NCBI GenBank assembly: GCA_034002925.1
Contig: JAVEZP010000004.1
Coordinates: forward strand, 16,626-80,625
Length of the DNA: 64,000 nt
From: Patescibacteria group bacterium
Lineage (GTDB): Bacteria; Patescibacteriota; Patescibacteriia; Patescibacteriales; UBA12465
Direction of reading: 5' to 3'
Position numbers and translations under genes: made by a program. This document shows, in pieces, positions 46,687-55,376 of the stretch; the first letter of the stretch is position 1; every line of letters starts with the position of its first letter. The notes under the pieces are model-generated. The model was not told where the DNA came from, searched no databases, and saw nothing but the letters and a program-made list of their open reading frames with translations.

Positions 46687-48162
46687 ATGAAATACTCTCT
46701 TTTTTATTATCTAGCTAGTTTTTGGCTGGGGCTTTTTTTACAACAACTTCAAGCGTGGAAATTGAGCTTGGTTTATCTTATCTTAGTTGTTTTGTTGCTT
46801 GTTGTCTTTAGATGTTCATCAAGAATGCGGTTTTCACTACTACTTGTTTTCTTTTTTGTTCTTGGTATTTATCGAAGTGGTCAATTTCATCTTGATAAAT
46901 CTCTAAGTCTTTATTGGCAGCAACAAGTTACTTGGTCTTTTTGGGTTTGCCAAGACCCTGAATTTACTTGGAAAAATCAAAAAATCGTTTTATGTACTTT
47001 GTCAGAGTTGGGAGTGGGGAATGATCGCATTGTTGCTTATTTACCTTTATATCCACACTTGCAATATGCTGATATACTTACTATTTCTTGTCGCTTAGAA
47101 GCAGTGCCAGTTTTTTCTGATTTTAATTATGCTGCTTATTTAAGTTTAAAAAACATTAGCAGTGTTTGTTCTTGGCCGCGGCTTTTACAAAAACAGCAAA
47201 GTAATTTAGGATCATTTTACTTAAAGCAAATTTTTGTATTGCGCAAAAAACTAAGACAAATAATTAATCAGGGTCTACCTGAGCCAGCCGCAGGTCTAGC
47301 TAATGCTTTGTTATTGGGTTATAAGCAGAGTTTATCCCCTGTGGTAAAAGAAGATATGCGCAAAGCTGGTCTTAGCCATTTAACGGCCATTTCTGGTGCT
47401 CATATTGCGATTATTTTATATTTATTAATTAATTTTTTAATTTTTTTAGCTTTTAAGCGTCAAGCTGCTTGGTGGCTATCTTTATTAATATTACTCTTTT
47501 ATGTAATTTTAACAGGCTTTCAGACTTCTACGATTCGTGCTTGGTTGATGGGGTTCTTAGCTTTCTATGTTTGGCAACGAGGCAGGGTTTATCAGTTGGG
47601 ACAAATCTTAGCTTTTGTAGCTGCTTTAATGTTATATCATCAACCATTAATTTGGCGTTATGATGTAGCTTTCCAGCTTTCTTTTGGGGCAATTTTGGGC
47701 ATTATTATTTTTCAACCCTTATTTTATCAAATCTTTAATTTAAAACATAAGAAAGTATTAATTAAGTTAATTTTAGAAGCTTTATTTTTATCTATCTCAG
47801 CTCAATTATTAATTGTTCCTATTTTAGTCAATCAATTTCATAGCATTTCTTTGCTAGCACCAATTAGTAATGTAATGGCTTTTTTTGTCTTAGCGCCTAT
47901 TATGATTAGTGTTCTAGGGGCTCTGCTTTTATCTTCTTTATTTAGTTTATCTTTATATTTTTGGTGGCCTAGTTATTTATTATTGGAATATTTAATTGCT
48001 TTGGCTCATGTAATTGCTAGGTGGTCTTTCGCTTATATAGATAATTTAAAATTTAGCATGATAGATATCATTGTTTATTATTTTATATTAGCTTTGTTTT
48101 ATTTATTATTGCGTAAAATAAAAACACCTCCTTCTTCCGAAAGAGGTGCTTTATTTCGTTGA
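46687..48162 (+). CDS. comEC: ComEC/Rec2 DNA-uptake channel, membrane core only
   Basis: Polytopic protein with LSHLTAISGAHIAII and the competence-domain pattern. No C-terminal metallo-beta-lactamase domain. Confidence 0.8.
   Translation: MKYSLFYYLASFWLGLFLQQLQAWKLSLVYLILVVLLLVVFRCSSRMRFSLLLVFFFVLGIYRSGQFHLDKSLSLYWQQQVTWSFWVCQDPEFTWKNQKIVLCTLSELGVGNDRIVAYLPLYPHLQYADILTISCRLEAVPVFSDFNYAAYLSLKNISSVCSWPRLLQKQQSNLGSFYLKQIFVLRKKLRQIINQGLPEPAAGLANALLLGYKQSLSPVVKEDMRKAGLSHLTAISGAHIAIILYLLINFLIFLAFKRQAAWWLSLLILLFYVILTGFQTSTIRAWLMGFLAFYVWQRGRVYQLGQILAFVAALMLYHQPLIWRYDVAFQLSFGAILGIIIFQPLFYQIFNLKHKKVLIKLILEALFLSISAQLLIVPILVNQFHSISLLAPISNVMAFFVLAPIMISVLGALLLSSLFSLSLYFWWPSYLLLEYLIALAHVIARWSFAYIDNLKFSMIDIIVYYFILALFYLLLRKIKTPPSSERGALFR
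48120..48156. terminator. Bidirectional terminator embedded in the comEC 3' end, serving convergent rpmB
   Basis: AAAACACCTC-cttcttccgaaa-GAGGTGCTTTATTT. On the minus strand the stem is followed by TTTTTATTTT. Confidence 0.5.
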
Positions 48163-48169
48163 GCTAAAA

Positions 48170-48346
48170 TTACTTCTCATTTTTTGCCAGAGTGCGCATG
48201 CACTTGACGCAGATCTTCAATTTAATATCACCCACTTTTTTTGTTTGGAGGTTGATATTTTGTCTCTTTAAGGTTTGAATTTTAGAATGAGAGCGGCTTG
48301 CACCTTTAGTGGCTCCACGCTTACATAAATCACATCTTTTTGCCAT
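48170..48346 (-). CDS. rpmB: 50S ribosomal protein L28 (Cys-containing form)
   Basis: Hand translation: MAKRCDLCKRGATKGASRSHSKIQTLKRQNINLQTKKVGDIKLKICVKCMRTLAKNEK. Not in the ORF track (58 aa). Confidence 0.85.
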   Translation of the reverse strand: MAKRCDLCKRGATKGASRSHSKIQTLKRQNINLQTKKVGDIKLKICVKCMRTLAKNEK

Positions 48347-48499
48347 ATGCTTTGAGACGGCCGGAATTAATGCACGAAAAAACGGGCTTTTTCGGCGGCC
48401 GCTAATTTTTTATAGTTTCAATGTATAAATGGTAGCACATTTTTAAAAATAATCAAGTTGTGCTAGAATATAAGAGTATTAGAAAATAATTTTATAAGC

Positions 48500-49111
48500 A
48501 TGTCAGACACAATCATTATTATTTTTCAAATTGTGATTCTTATTTTTGCTGCCGTGATTCATGAATATATGCATGGCTGGATGGCTGATCGTTTAGGCGA
48601 TCCAACGGCTAGATTAGCCGGACGTTTGAGTTTAAATCCCATAGTTCATTTAGAATGGTTTGGCTCTTTGCTTCTGCCGGGCTTAATGTTAATGTCGGGT
48701 ATGCCTTTTGCGATTGGCTGGGCTAAGCCAGTGCCATATAATCCTTTAAATTTAAAAGATCATCGTTGGGGTGAAGCGAAAGTGGCAGCAGCAGGTCCTT
48801 TAGCTAACTTTTTAGTAGCGGCTATATTTGGTTTATTGCTGAATTTCTTACCCAGCACTGCTTCAGTTTTTGCGGGTTTGTTGGCATTAATTATTTATAT
48901 TAATTTAATCTTAATGGTCTTCAATCTTATCCCTATTCCTCCTCTAGATGGTTCAAAAATTTTAGCTGCTTTTCTTTCTCCTAATGCTAAAGCACGTTAT
49001 TTAAGTTTGGAACGTTTTGGTTTTATTTTTGTTATTTTATTTGCCTGGTTAGCCTTTTCTTGGATTCTGCCTTTAGTTGATGCTTTATTCAGACTTTTAA
49101 CGGGTTTATAA
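48500..49111 (+). CDS. Site-2 protease family (M50) membrane metalloprotease
   Basis: HEYMHGWMA (HExxH) and NLIPIPPLDGSKI (NxxPxxxLDG), within a polytopic membrane protein. Confidence 0.8.
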   Translation: MSDTIIIIFQIVILIFAAVIHEYMHGWMADRLGDPTARLAGRLSLNPIVHLEWFGSLLLPGLMLMSGMPFAIGWAKPVPYNPLNLKDHRWGEAKVAAAGPLANFLVAAIFGLLLNFLPSTASVFAGLLALIIYINLILMVFNLIPIPPLDGSKILAAFLSPNAKARYLSLERFGFIFVILFAWLAFSWILPLVDALFRLLTGL

Positions 49112-49126
49112 ATATCTTATTTGTTC

Positions 49127-49155
49127 TTGACTTATTTTTTTGATTTTGATAAAGT
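49127..49155 (+). promoter_or_regulatory. Promoter of the str operon (extended -10)
   Basis: TTGACT (49127-49132), 17-nt spacer ending in TGa, TAAAGT (49150-49155). Confidence 0.55.
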
Positions 49156-49172
49156 AAGCGAGTAATAACTCT

Positions 49173-49198
49173 ATCCTGATGGGTCAGGATATTTTGTT
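49173..49198 (+). promoter_or_regulatory. Leader hairpin 1 (terminator-like)
   Basis: ATCCTGA-tggg-TCAGGAT followed by ATTTTGTT. Confidence 0.4.
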
Positions 49199-49263
49199 AT
49201 CAAAAGAATATTATTTATTATTAACAAAAAGAAGCGTGTTGCTTTTAACTCGCTCTTTTCAGT

Positions 49264-49295
49264 CTCGGGTCGAGATGAAATAACCCGAGCTTTTT
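49264..49295 (+). promoter_or_regulatory. Leader hairpin 2 (canonical terminator shape) 15 nt before the rpsL ATG
   Basis: CTCGGGT-(12-nt loop)-ACCCGAG followed by CTTTTT. Confidence 0.45.
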
Positions 49296-49309
49296 AAAGC
49301 CGAAGCATT

Positions 49310-49738
49310 ATGCCGACTATTAATCAATTAGTAAGAAAACCCCGTAAGCCAAAAAGTAAGCGTAGCACTTCTTTAGCTTTGCATACCAGTTTTGATTCTT
49401 TGCATCGCAAAAAGAAAGTGAGTGCGAAAGGAGCTCCTTTTAAGCAAGGTGTTTGTTTAAAGGTGACTACTACCACTCCTAAGAAGCCAAACTCCGCTTT
49501 ACGTAAGATTGCTCGTGTCCGTTTATCTAATGGCATGGAAGTCACTGCCTATATTCCTGGCATGGGTCACAATTTACAAGAGCACTCAATTGTTTTAGTT
49601 AAAGGTGGAAAAACGAAAGATTTGCCAGGTGTGCGTTATAAAGTTGTGCGTGGTGTTTATGATACGGCTGGAGTAGAGGCTCGTCGCCAAGGTCGTAGTT
49701 CTTATGGTGCAAAGAAGCCAAAAGCAGAAAAGAGTTAA
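49310..49738 (+). CDS. rpsL: 30S ribosomal protein S12
   Basis: [45 protein letters not shown]. Carries a ~15-aa insertion near the N-terminus. Confidence 0.95.
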   Translation: MPTINQLVRKPRKPKSKRSTSLALHTSFDSLHRKKKVSAKGAPFKQGVCLKVTTTTPKKPNSALRKIARVRLSNGMEVTAYIPGMGHNLQEHSIVLVKGGKTKDLPGVRYKVVRGVYDTAGVEARRQGRSSYGAKKPKAEKS

Positions 49739-49778
49739 TTTAATTTATCAATTTGATTTATCTGTAAAATAATTAAGA

Positions 49779-49806
49779 GCGTATCAAATTATAGCTAGTG
49801 ATACGC
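49779..49806 (+). promoter_or_regulatory. Intercistronic rpsL-rpsG hairpin
   Basis: GCGTATC-(14-nt loop)-GATACGC, ending 12 nt before the rpsG ATG. Confidence 0.35.
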
Positions 49807-49818
49807 CCCAAAAGTCTT

Positions 49819-50298
49819 ATGAGAGGAAAACCAGCCCCAAAAAGAGAGTTAAGCGGGGACAGCAAATATAATGACCAAAACATCACAAAATTAATTAATT
49901 ATGTGATGAAGGAAGGTAAAAAAAGCGTGGCCGAACGAATTGTCTATGGCTCTTTTCATTTAATTAAAGAGAAGACCAAGCAAGATCCTCGTCATGTTTT
50001 TAATAAAGCCATGAAAAGGGTCTCTCCTTTAGTGGAAGTACGCGGTAAAAGAGTTGGTGGCGCAAACTATCAAGTGCCGTTTCAGGTACGTGGAGAACGT
50101 CGTTTTTATTTAGGTTGTCAATGGATTATTAACGCCGCTAAGGCTCGTCGTGGTCGCTCTATGGCCGAAAAAATGGCGGCTGAAATCTTAGATGCTTCTA
50201 ATGGTGAAGGTGCTTCTATTAAGAAGAGGGAAGCAGTTCATAAGATGGCTGAAGCTAATAAGGCTTTTGCTCACTTTTCTCGTTCTCGTTCTAAGTAA
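49819..50298 (+). CDS. rpsG: 30S ribosomal protein S7
   Basis: MRGKPAPKRELSGDSKYND... VEVRGKRVGGANYQVPFQV. The ATG at 49819 is preferred over the GTG at 49798. Confidence 0.93.
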   Translation: MRGKPAPKRELSGDSKYNDQNITKLINYVMKEGKKSVAERIVYGSFHLIKEKTKQDPRHVFNKAMKRVSPLVEVRGKRVGGANYQVPFQVRGERRFYLGCQWIINAAKARRGRSMAEKMAAEILDASNGEGASIKKREAVHKMAEANKAFAHFSRSRSK

Positions 50299-50381
50299 TA
50301 AAGAAAAGAGCAAATATCTATTTTGTTTATATTTAATTAATAAAAATTATTTAAGTTTTAATTTTTTAATAATCACATTCT

Positions 50382-52463
50382 ATGCCTCGTGACTATTCCC
50401 TTGATAAAATTAGAAATATTGGCATCATGGCTCACATTGATGCTGGTAAAACCACTTTTACTGAGCGGGTTCTTTTTTATACCGGCAAAAAACATAAAAT
50501 TGGCGAAACTCATGAAGGTGCCGCTGATATGGATTGGATGGAACAAGAGAAGGAAAGAGGTATTACTATCACCTCAGCTGCTACTACTTGTTTTTGGAAA
50601 AATAATAAAATTAACATTATTGACACTCCTGGTCACGTTGATTTTACCGTTGAGGTAGAGCGTTCTTTGCGTGTTTTAGATGGGGCGATTGCTGTATTTG
50701 ATGGTCAAGCAGGAGTGGAGCCACAATCAGAAACAGTGTGGCGTCAAGCAGATAAATATAAAGTGCCACGTCTTTGTTTTATTAATAAAATGGATAAACT
50801 CGGAGCCGATTTTTATATGAGTTTAGATTCCATTAAACAACGTTTAAATTCCAGAGCGGTGGCTATTCAATTACCAATTGGAGCTGAAGATAATTTAAGC
50901 GGTGTAATTGATTTATTTGAAAAGAAGGCTTATCAATTTACTGGTAATTTTGGTGAAAATATTGTTGAAATTGAAATGCCAGCCGATATGCCAGAAAAGG
51001 TAGAAAAGTTTCGTTCTGAATTAGTAGAAAAAATTGTAGAGTGTGATGAGGCTACCATGGAAAAATATTTAGCTGGTGAAGAAATTAGTATTGCAGAGCT
51101 TAAGAAAGCTATGCGCAAGGGAGTTATTAATAATGAAATTTATCCTGTGCTTTGCGGTACGGCTTTGCAAAATATTGGCGTGCAGTTTGCTTTAGATGCT
51201 GTTAATGAATACTTACCATCACCTATTGATGTACCGGCTGTAGAGGCAAGTGATGTTAATGATGAAGAGAAAAAAACTCTTATTAAAGCGGATGATGATT
51301 CTCCTTTTGTTGGTTTAGCTTTTAAAATTGCAACCGATCCTTTTGTAGGCAAACTATGCTTTGTTCGTGTTTATCAAGGCGTCTTACAATCTGGTTCTTA
51401 TATCGTTAATAGTTCTACTGGTAATAAAGAGAGAGTTGGACGTTTAGTTCGTATGCACGCTAATCATCGTGAAGAAATTAAAGAAGTGTACGCAGGTGAT
51501 ATTGCTGCTATTATTGGTTTAAAAAATACCACCACTGGTAATACTTTGTGTGCAGAAAATAGTCAATTATTATTAGAGCCTATTACTTTCCCAGAGCCAG
51601 TGATTAAAATTGCAGTTGAACCAAAGACAAAGGCTGACCAAGAAAAAATGGGCGTTGCTTTAGCGCGTTTAGCTGAAGAGGATCCGACTTTTAGAGTAGA
51701 GACCGATGAAGAAACCAATCAAGTACTGATCTCTGGTATGGGTGAATTACATCTTGATATTATTGTTGATCGCATGAAGAGGGAATTTGGTGTTGAAGCT
51801 AACGTTGGCAATCCTCAAGTTTCTTATCGTGAAACCATTACCCAAACTGCTGAAGCGGAACATAAATATGCTAAGCAATCTGGTGGTCGTGGTCAATATG
51901 GTCATTGTTGCTTGCGGGTTGAACCAGCTGGTGAAGGCGGTGGTTATGCCTTCTTAGATGAAGTGAAAGGCGGTGTTATTCCTAAAGAGTTTATTCCTGC
52001 AATTGAAAAGGGCGTTAAAGAAGGAATGCAAAGTGGTGTAGTGGCTGGTTATCCAATGGTTGATGTGAAAATCGCTGTCTATCATGGTAGTTATCATGAA
52101 GTTGATTCCTCAGAAGTTGCCTTTAAAATGGCGGGTATTTTTGCTTTTAAAGAAGCTTGTCAAAAGGCTAAACCTATTTTATTAGAACCAGTGATGAAAG
52201 TAGAAGTAACTACTCCTGAAGAATACATGGGTAATGTGATTGGTGATTTAAATTCTAAACGTGGTCAGATTGAAGAAATGATTGATCGTCCTAATAAGAT
52301 TAAAGCGATTGAAGCTAAAGTACCCTTATCAGAAATGTTTGGCTATTCCACTGCTTTAAGATCAATGTCTCAAGGAAGAGCTAACTATGTAATGGAATTC
52401 CATCATTATAGTGAAGTGCCACGTAATATTTTAGAACAAATTAAAGAACGTAGTGGTAAATAG
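50382..52463 (+). CDS. fusA: Elongation factor G
   Basis: [28 protein letters not shown], and all five EF-G domains are recognisable. Confidence 0.97.
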   Translation: MPRDYSLDKIRNIGIMAHIDAGKTTFTERVLFYTGKKHKIGETHEGAADMDWMEQEKERGITITSAATTCFWKNNKINIIDTPGHVDFTVEVERSLRVLDGAIAVFDGQAGVEPQSETVWRQADKYKVPRLCFINKMDKLGADFYMSLDSIKQRLNSRAVAIQLPIGAEDNLSGVIDLFEKKAYQFTGNFGENIVEIEMPADMPEKVEKFRSELVEKIVECDEATMEKYLAGEEISIAELKKAMRKGVINNEIYPVLCGTALQNIGVQFALDAVNEYLPSPIDVPAVEASDVNDEEKKTLIKADDDSPFVGLAFKIATDPFVGKLCFVRVYQGVLQSGSYIVNSSTGNKERVGRLVRMHANHREEIKEVYAGDIAAIIGLKNTTTGNTLCAENSQLLLEPITFPEPVIKIAVEPKTKADQEKMGVALARLAEEDPTFRVETDEETNQVLISGMGELHLDIIVDRMKREFGVEANVGNPQVSYRETITQTAEAEHKYAKQSGGRGQYGHCCLRVEPAGEGGGYAFLDEVKGGVIPKEFIPAIEKGVKEGMQSGVVAGYPMVDVKIAVYHGSYHEVDSSEVAFKMAGIFAFKEACQKAKPILLEPVMKVEVTTPEEYMGNVIGDLNSKRGQIEEMIDRPNKIKAIEAKVPLSEMFGYSTALRSMSQGRANYVMEFHHYSEVPRNILEQIKERSGK

Positions 52464-52469
52464 AAATAT

Positions 52470-53087
52470 ATGAATTTTGAAAATTCTTTTTCTGAAAACA
52501 AAAAAAATATTTTAGAAAAAGAAGAAGAATTAAGTCCGGAGCAGGAATTAAGGGAAAAAGAAAAAGCGTTATTAGATTTTTGTGAAAAGAATAACAATCC
52601 AATTGTTATTTTAGAATCAGGCAAAGTAATAGATACAGATTTAAAGTTATCTAAATATTGGCAGAATTTACCCGATATTGATAAAGATATAGCAGAAATG
52701 TTATTAATTAGAGCAAATGAATTTTTAAATAGTCCTTTATTTACTGATAGTTTTCATGAAGATCACGGAAAAAGACGTTCTTGGGAAGATAAGTATGCAG
52801 AATCGCAGATGTCTCCAGATTTATTAGAATATTATGCTAGCAATCGCTTAAATCTTAACCGCTTAAGCTTGCCATTTTCTTTTAAGGCTTGGTTTGAAAC
52901 TTTAAATAAAAATGTTGTAGATAATTTGTCGGCAGTAACTTTAAATTCTTTGCAAAAAGAGTTAGATAAATTAACTGTGCAAGACTTACATAAATATGGT
53001 CTTGCTAGCGACCAAGAAAAAATTGAAATTGTGAGAAATTTTGAAAATATATTTAAGAAAATTGTAACTTTATTGAGTTCTGACTAA
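52470..53087 (+). CDS. Hypothetical protein (inside str operon)
   Basis: 205-aa ORF starting 6 nt after the fusA stop with ATATG context. Helical and acidic; no recognised domain. Confidence 0.5.
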   Translation: MNFENSFSENKKNILEKEEELSPEQELREKEKALLDFCEKNNNPIVILESGKVIDTDLKLSKYWQNLPDIDKDIAEMLLIRANEFLNSPLFTDSFHEDHGKRRSWEDKYAESQMSPDLLEYYASNRLNLNRLSLPFSFKAWFETLNKNVVDNLSAVTLNSLQKELDKLTVQDLHKYGLASDQEKIEIVRNFENIFKKIVTLLSSD

Positions 53088-53115
53088 TAGCCATAAGGGG
53101 GAAGGCTTCAAACAT

Positions 53116-53484
53116 ATGCGCAAGCAACTCAAAAAAGCTTTGAAATTAGCTAGAAAGACAAATGATGCCATTATCTTTTTTGATGCTGAAAATCCGGATG
53201 ATTCTTTCGCTATTATTGATCTTGATCGCTATGAAACTTTAGTTGAGCCTAGAGTTTTAGATGAGAAAAATAGAATATATCAAGCTAATTTGACAGAAGG
53301 AGATTTAACTGATAAAATTAATCGCGAAATCTCCGACTGGAAAAATACTGAACAGGCGGAATATTTGGCTGAAGAAAGCAAAGATAATCCACGATGGCAA
53401 ATTCCTCCTCATATTAAGAATAAAGCTGAAAAAGTAGAAGATGCATCAGTAACTGAAGATTTAAAAAATAAAGAAAATAAATAA
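53116..53484 (+). CDS. Hypothetical protein with Phd/YefM-like N-terminal pattern (tentative)
   Basis: 122-aa ORF. The N-terminal LKKALKLARKTNDAIIFFDAENPDDSFAIIDLDRYETLVE has the helix-strand-strand-(D/E)xYExL pattern of Phd/YefM-fold antitoxins. Acidic tail. Confidence 0.45.
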   Translation: MRKQLKKALKLARKTNDAIIFFDAENPDDSFAIIDLDRYETLVEPRVLDEKNRIYQANLTEGDLTDKINREISDWKNTEQAEYLAEESKDNPRWQIPPHIKNKAEKVEDASVTEDLKNKENK

Positions 53485-53514
53485 TTTTTATTTATAATTT
53501 AATTAATTAATTTC

Positions 53515-53562
53515 ACGGCTGGTTTCCTCTAATAGGAAAGAAACCCCTTTTTCGGGGGCCGT
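53515..53562 (+). promoter_or_regulatory. GC-rich nested-stem RNA element upstream of tuf
   Basis: Outer stem ACGGC/GCCGT encloses GGTTTCCT..AGGAAAgAAACC and the overlapping CCCC-tttttc-GGGG. Confidence 0.3.
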
Positions 53563-53574
53563 AAGCATAAAAAC

Positions 53575-54762
53575 ATGGCAGAAACATTTGAACGCACTAA
53601 GCCCCATGTTAACGTTGGTACTATTGGCCACGTTGACCATGGGAAAACTACTTTAACCGCCGCTATGTTAGCGGTATTCGGCGCTCAGGGCTTAAACGCT
53701 TCTAAAAAGGGTGTCGGAGAAATTGATGCTGCGCCTGAAGAAAAAGAGCGTGGTATCACTATTGCTACTGCTCACGTTGAATATGAGTCAGCAGCTCGTC
53801 ATTATGCACACGTTGATTGTCCGGGTCACGCTGATTATGTAAAAAACATGATCACTGGCGCTGCTCAGATGGACGGTGCTATTTTAGTAGTGTCCGCTAC
53901 TGATGGTCCTATGCCTCAGACTCGTGAACACATCTTATTGGCTCGTCAAGTTGGCGTACCTCACATTGTTGTTTTCTTAAACAAGTGTGATATGGTTGAG
54001 GACCAAGAATTAATTGACCTAGTAGAAGAAGAAGTTCGTGATCTTTTAAAGAAATATGAATTCCCTGGAGATACTACTCCAATTATTCGTGGTAGCGCTT
54101 TAAAGGCTTTAGAAAATCCAGCTGGCCCAGATGCAGCTCCAATTATGGAACTGATGAAACAGTTAGATGAATTTATTCCAGCTCCTGTTCGCGATATCGA
54201 TCATGAATTCTTAATGCCGATTGAAGACATCTTTTCTATTGAAGGTCGTGGCACCGTTGTTACCGGTCGTATTGAACGTGGTGTAATTAACGTTGGTGAT
54301 GAGGTAGAAATTGTTGGTTTAACCGAAACTAAGAAAACTACTATTACTGGCGTAGAAATGTTTAACAAATCTTTACAACGTGGTGAAGCTGGTGATAATG
54401 CTGGTTTATTATTACGTGGTACCAAAAAGAATGAAGTTGAACGCGGTCAAGTTTTATGTAAACCTGGCACCATTACTCCTCATACTGAATTTGAAGCTCA
54501 GATTTATGTTCTATCTAAAGATGAAGGTGGTCGTCATAAACCATTCTTTAAAGGTTATAAACCTCAGTTCTATATCCGCACAACTGATGTAACTGGTGAG
54601 GTAGAATTACCAGCTGGTACTGAAATGGTTATGCCTGGAGATACTGTTAACATTAATGTTAAATTAATTTCTCCAGTAGCTTTAGAAGAAAAGCAACGCT
54701 TTGCTATCCGCGAAGGTGGACGCACAGTGGGTGCTGGTACTGTAGTTAAAATTATCAAGTAA
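53575..54762 (+). CDS. tuf: Elongation factor Tu
   Basis: [31 protein letters not shown], and the full EF-Tu length. Confidence 0.98.
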   Translation: MAETFERTKPHVNVGTIGHVDHGKTTLTAAMLAVFGAQGLNASKKGVGEIDAAPEEKERGITIATAHVEYESAARHYAHVDCPGHADYVKNMITGAAQMDGAILVVSATDGPMPQTREHILLARQVGVPHIVVFLNKCDMVEDQELIDLVEEEVRDLLKKYEFPGDTTPIIRGSALKALENPAGPDAAPIMELMKQLDEFIPAPVRDIDHEFLMPIEDIFSIEGRGTVVTGRIERGVINVGDEVEIVGLTETKKTTITGVEMFNKSLQRGEAGDNAGLLLRGTKKNEVERGQVLCKPGTITPHTEFEAQIYVLSKDEGGRHKPFFKGYKPQFYIRTTDVTGEVELPAGTEMVMPGDTVNINVKLISPVALEEKQRFAIREGGRTVGAGTVVKIIK

Positions 54763-54765
54763 GTT

Positions 54766-54815
54766 AACACTTTAGTCTGCTCTTATTTAAGGGCAGACTG
54801 CTAGTGTTTATTTAT
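54766..54815 (+). terminator. Long hairpin terminator/attenuator after tuf
   Basis: AACACT-tt-AGTCTGC-(12-nt loop)-GCAGACT-gct-AGTGTT followed by TATTTATT. Confidence 0.55.
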
Positions 54816-54842
54816 TAATTAAAACATAAGTGTATATTTTCT

Positions 54843-55181
54843 ATGTCCGAACCTAAGAAAGAAGAGAAGGATTACAAACAGAGAATCCGCATTAAGATCA
54901 AAGCTTTTGATCACAAGATTATTGATCAGTCCACTAAAACTATTGTGGATACGATTGAGCGTAGCGATGCTAGTTTTTTTGGTCCCATTCCATTACCGAC
55001 CGAAAAGAAAAAATATACCGTTAATCGTTCTACTTTCGTGCATAAAGATGCGCGTGATCAATATGAAATGCGCATTCATAAGCGTATTATTGATATTGTA
55101 GATCCAACTGCTACTACTATTGAAAACCTGACAAATTTAAATTTACCAGCAGGGGTTGACGTGGAAATAAAAATGCAGTAA
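54843..55181 (+). CDS. rpsJ: 30S ribosomal protein S10
   Basis: [24 protein letters not shown]...GPIPLPT...[19 protein letters not shown]. Confidence 0.95.
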   Translation: MSEPKKEEKDYKQRIRIKIKAFDHKIIDQSTKTIVDTIERSDASFFGPIPLPTEKKKYTVNRSTFVHKDARDQYEMRIHKRIIDIVDPTATTIENLTNLNLPAGVDVEIKMQ

Positions 55182-55199
55182 AATACAATCAAATAAATT

Positions 55200-55376
55200 C
55201 TAAGGCTGCTTAGTGATTTTCCAGTAACTCTCATCTATGTTTGATGAGAAAGTGCTGGCCGATAAATAAGCCGCATTTAAGGAGAAAACAGCAAGAAAAT
55301 AATAAAAAATTGAGTTTTCAGTCGCATCTGGCAATTTTAGATTTTGTTTTCAAGCTGGTAATAAACCAGTTTTTTG
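55200..55376 (+). promoter_or_regulatory. Structured non-coding spacer between rpsJ and rplC
   Basis: Three hairpins: CTAAG-gctg-CTTAG; CCAG..CTCATC-tatgttt-GATGAG..CTGG; and the terminator-like CTGGT-aataa-ACCAG followed by TTTTTTG. No convincing ORF. Confidence 0.35.

Noticed and set aside
52470-53087. FHEDHGKRR segment in the 205-aa fusA-tuf ORF as a Fic/Doc active-site motif.
   Set aside because: It does not fit HxFx(D/E)(G/A)N(G/K)R: the first His, the G/A and the Asn positions are all wrong.
55237-55269. 10-codon mini-ORF (MFDEKVLADK) in the rpsJ-rplC spacer as a leader peptide.
   Set aside because: It lies inside the predicted hairpin, lacks the usual start context, and there is no regulatory codon pattern. 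Too short to support.
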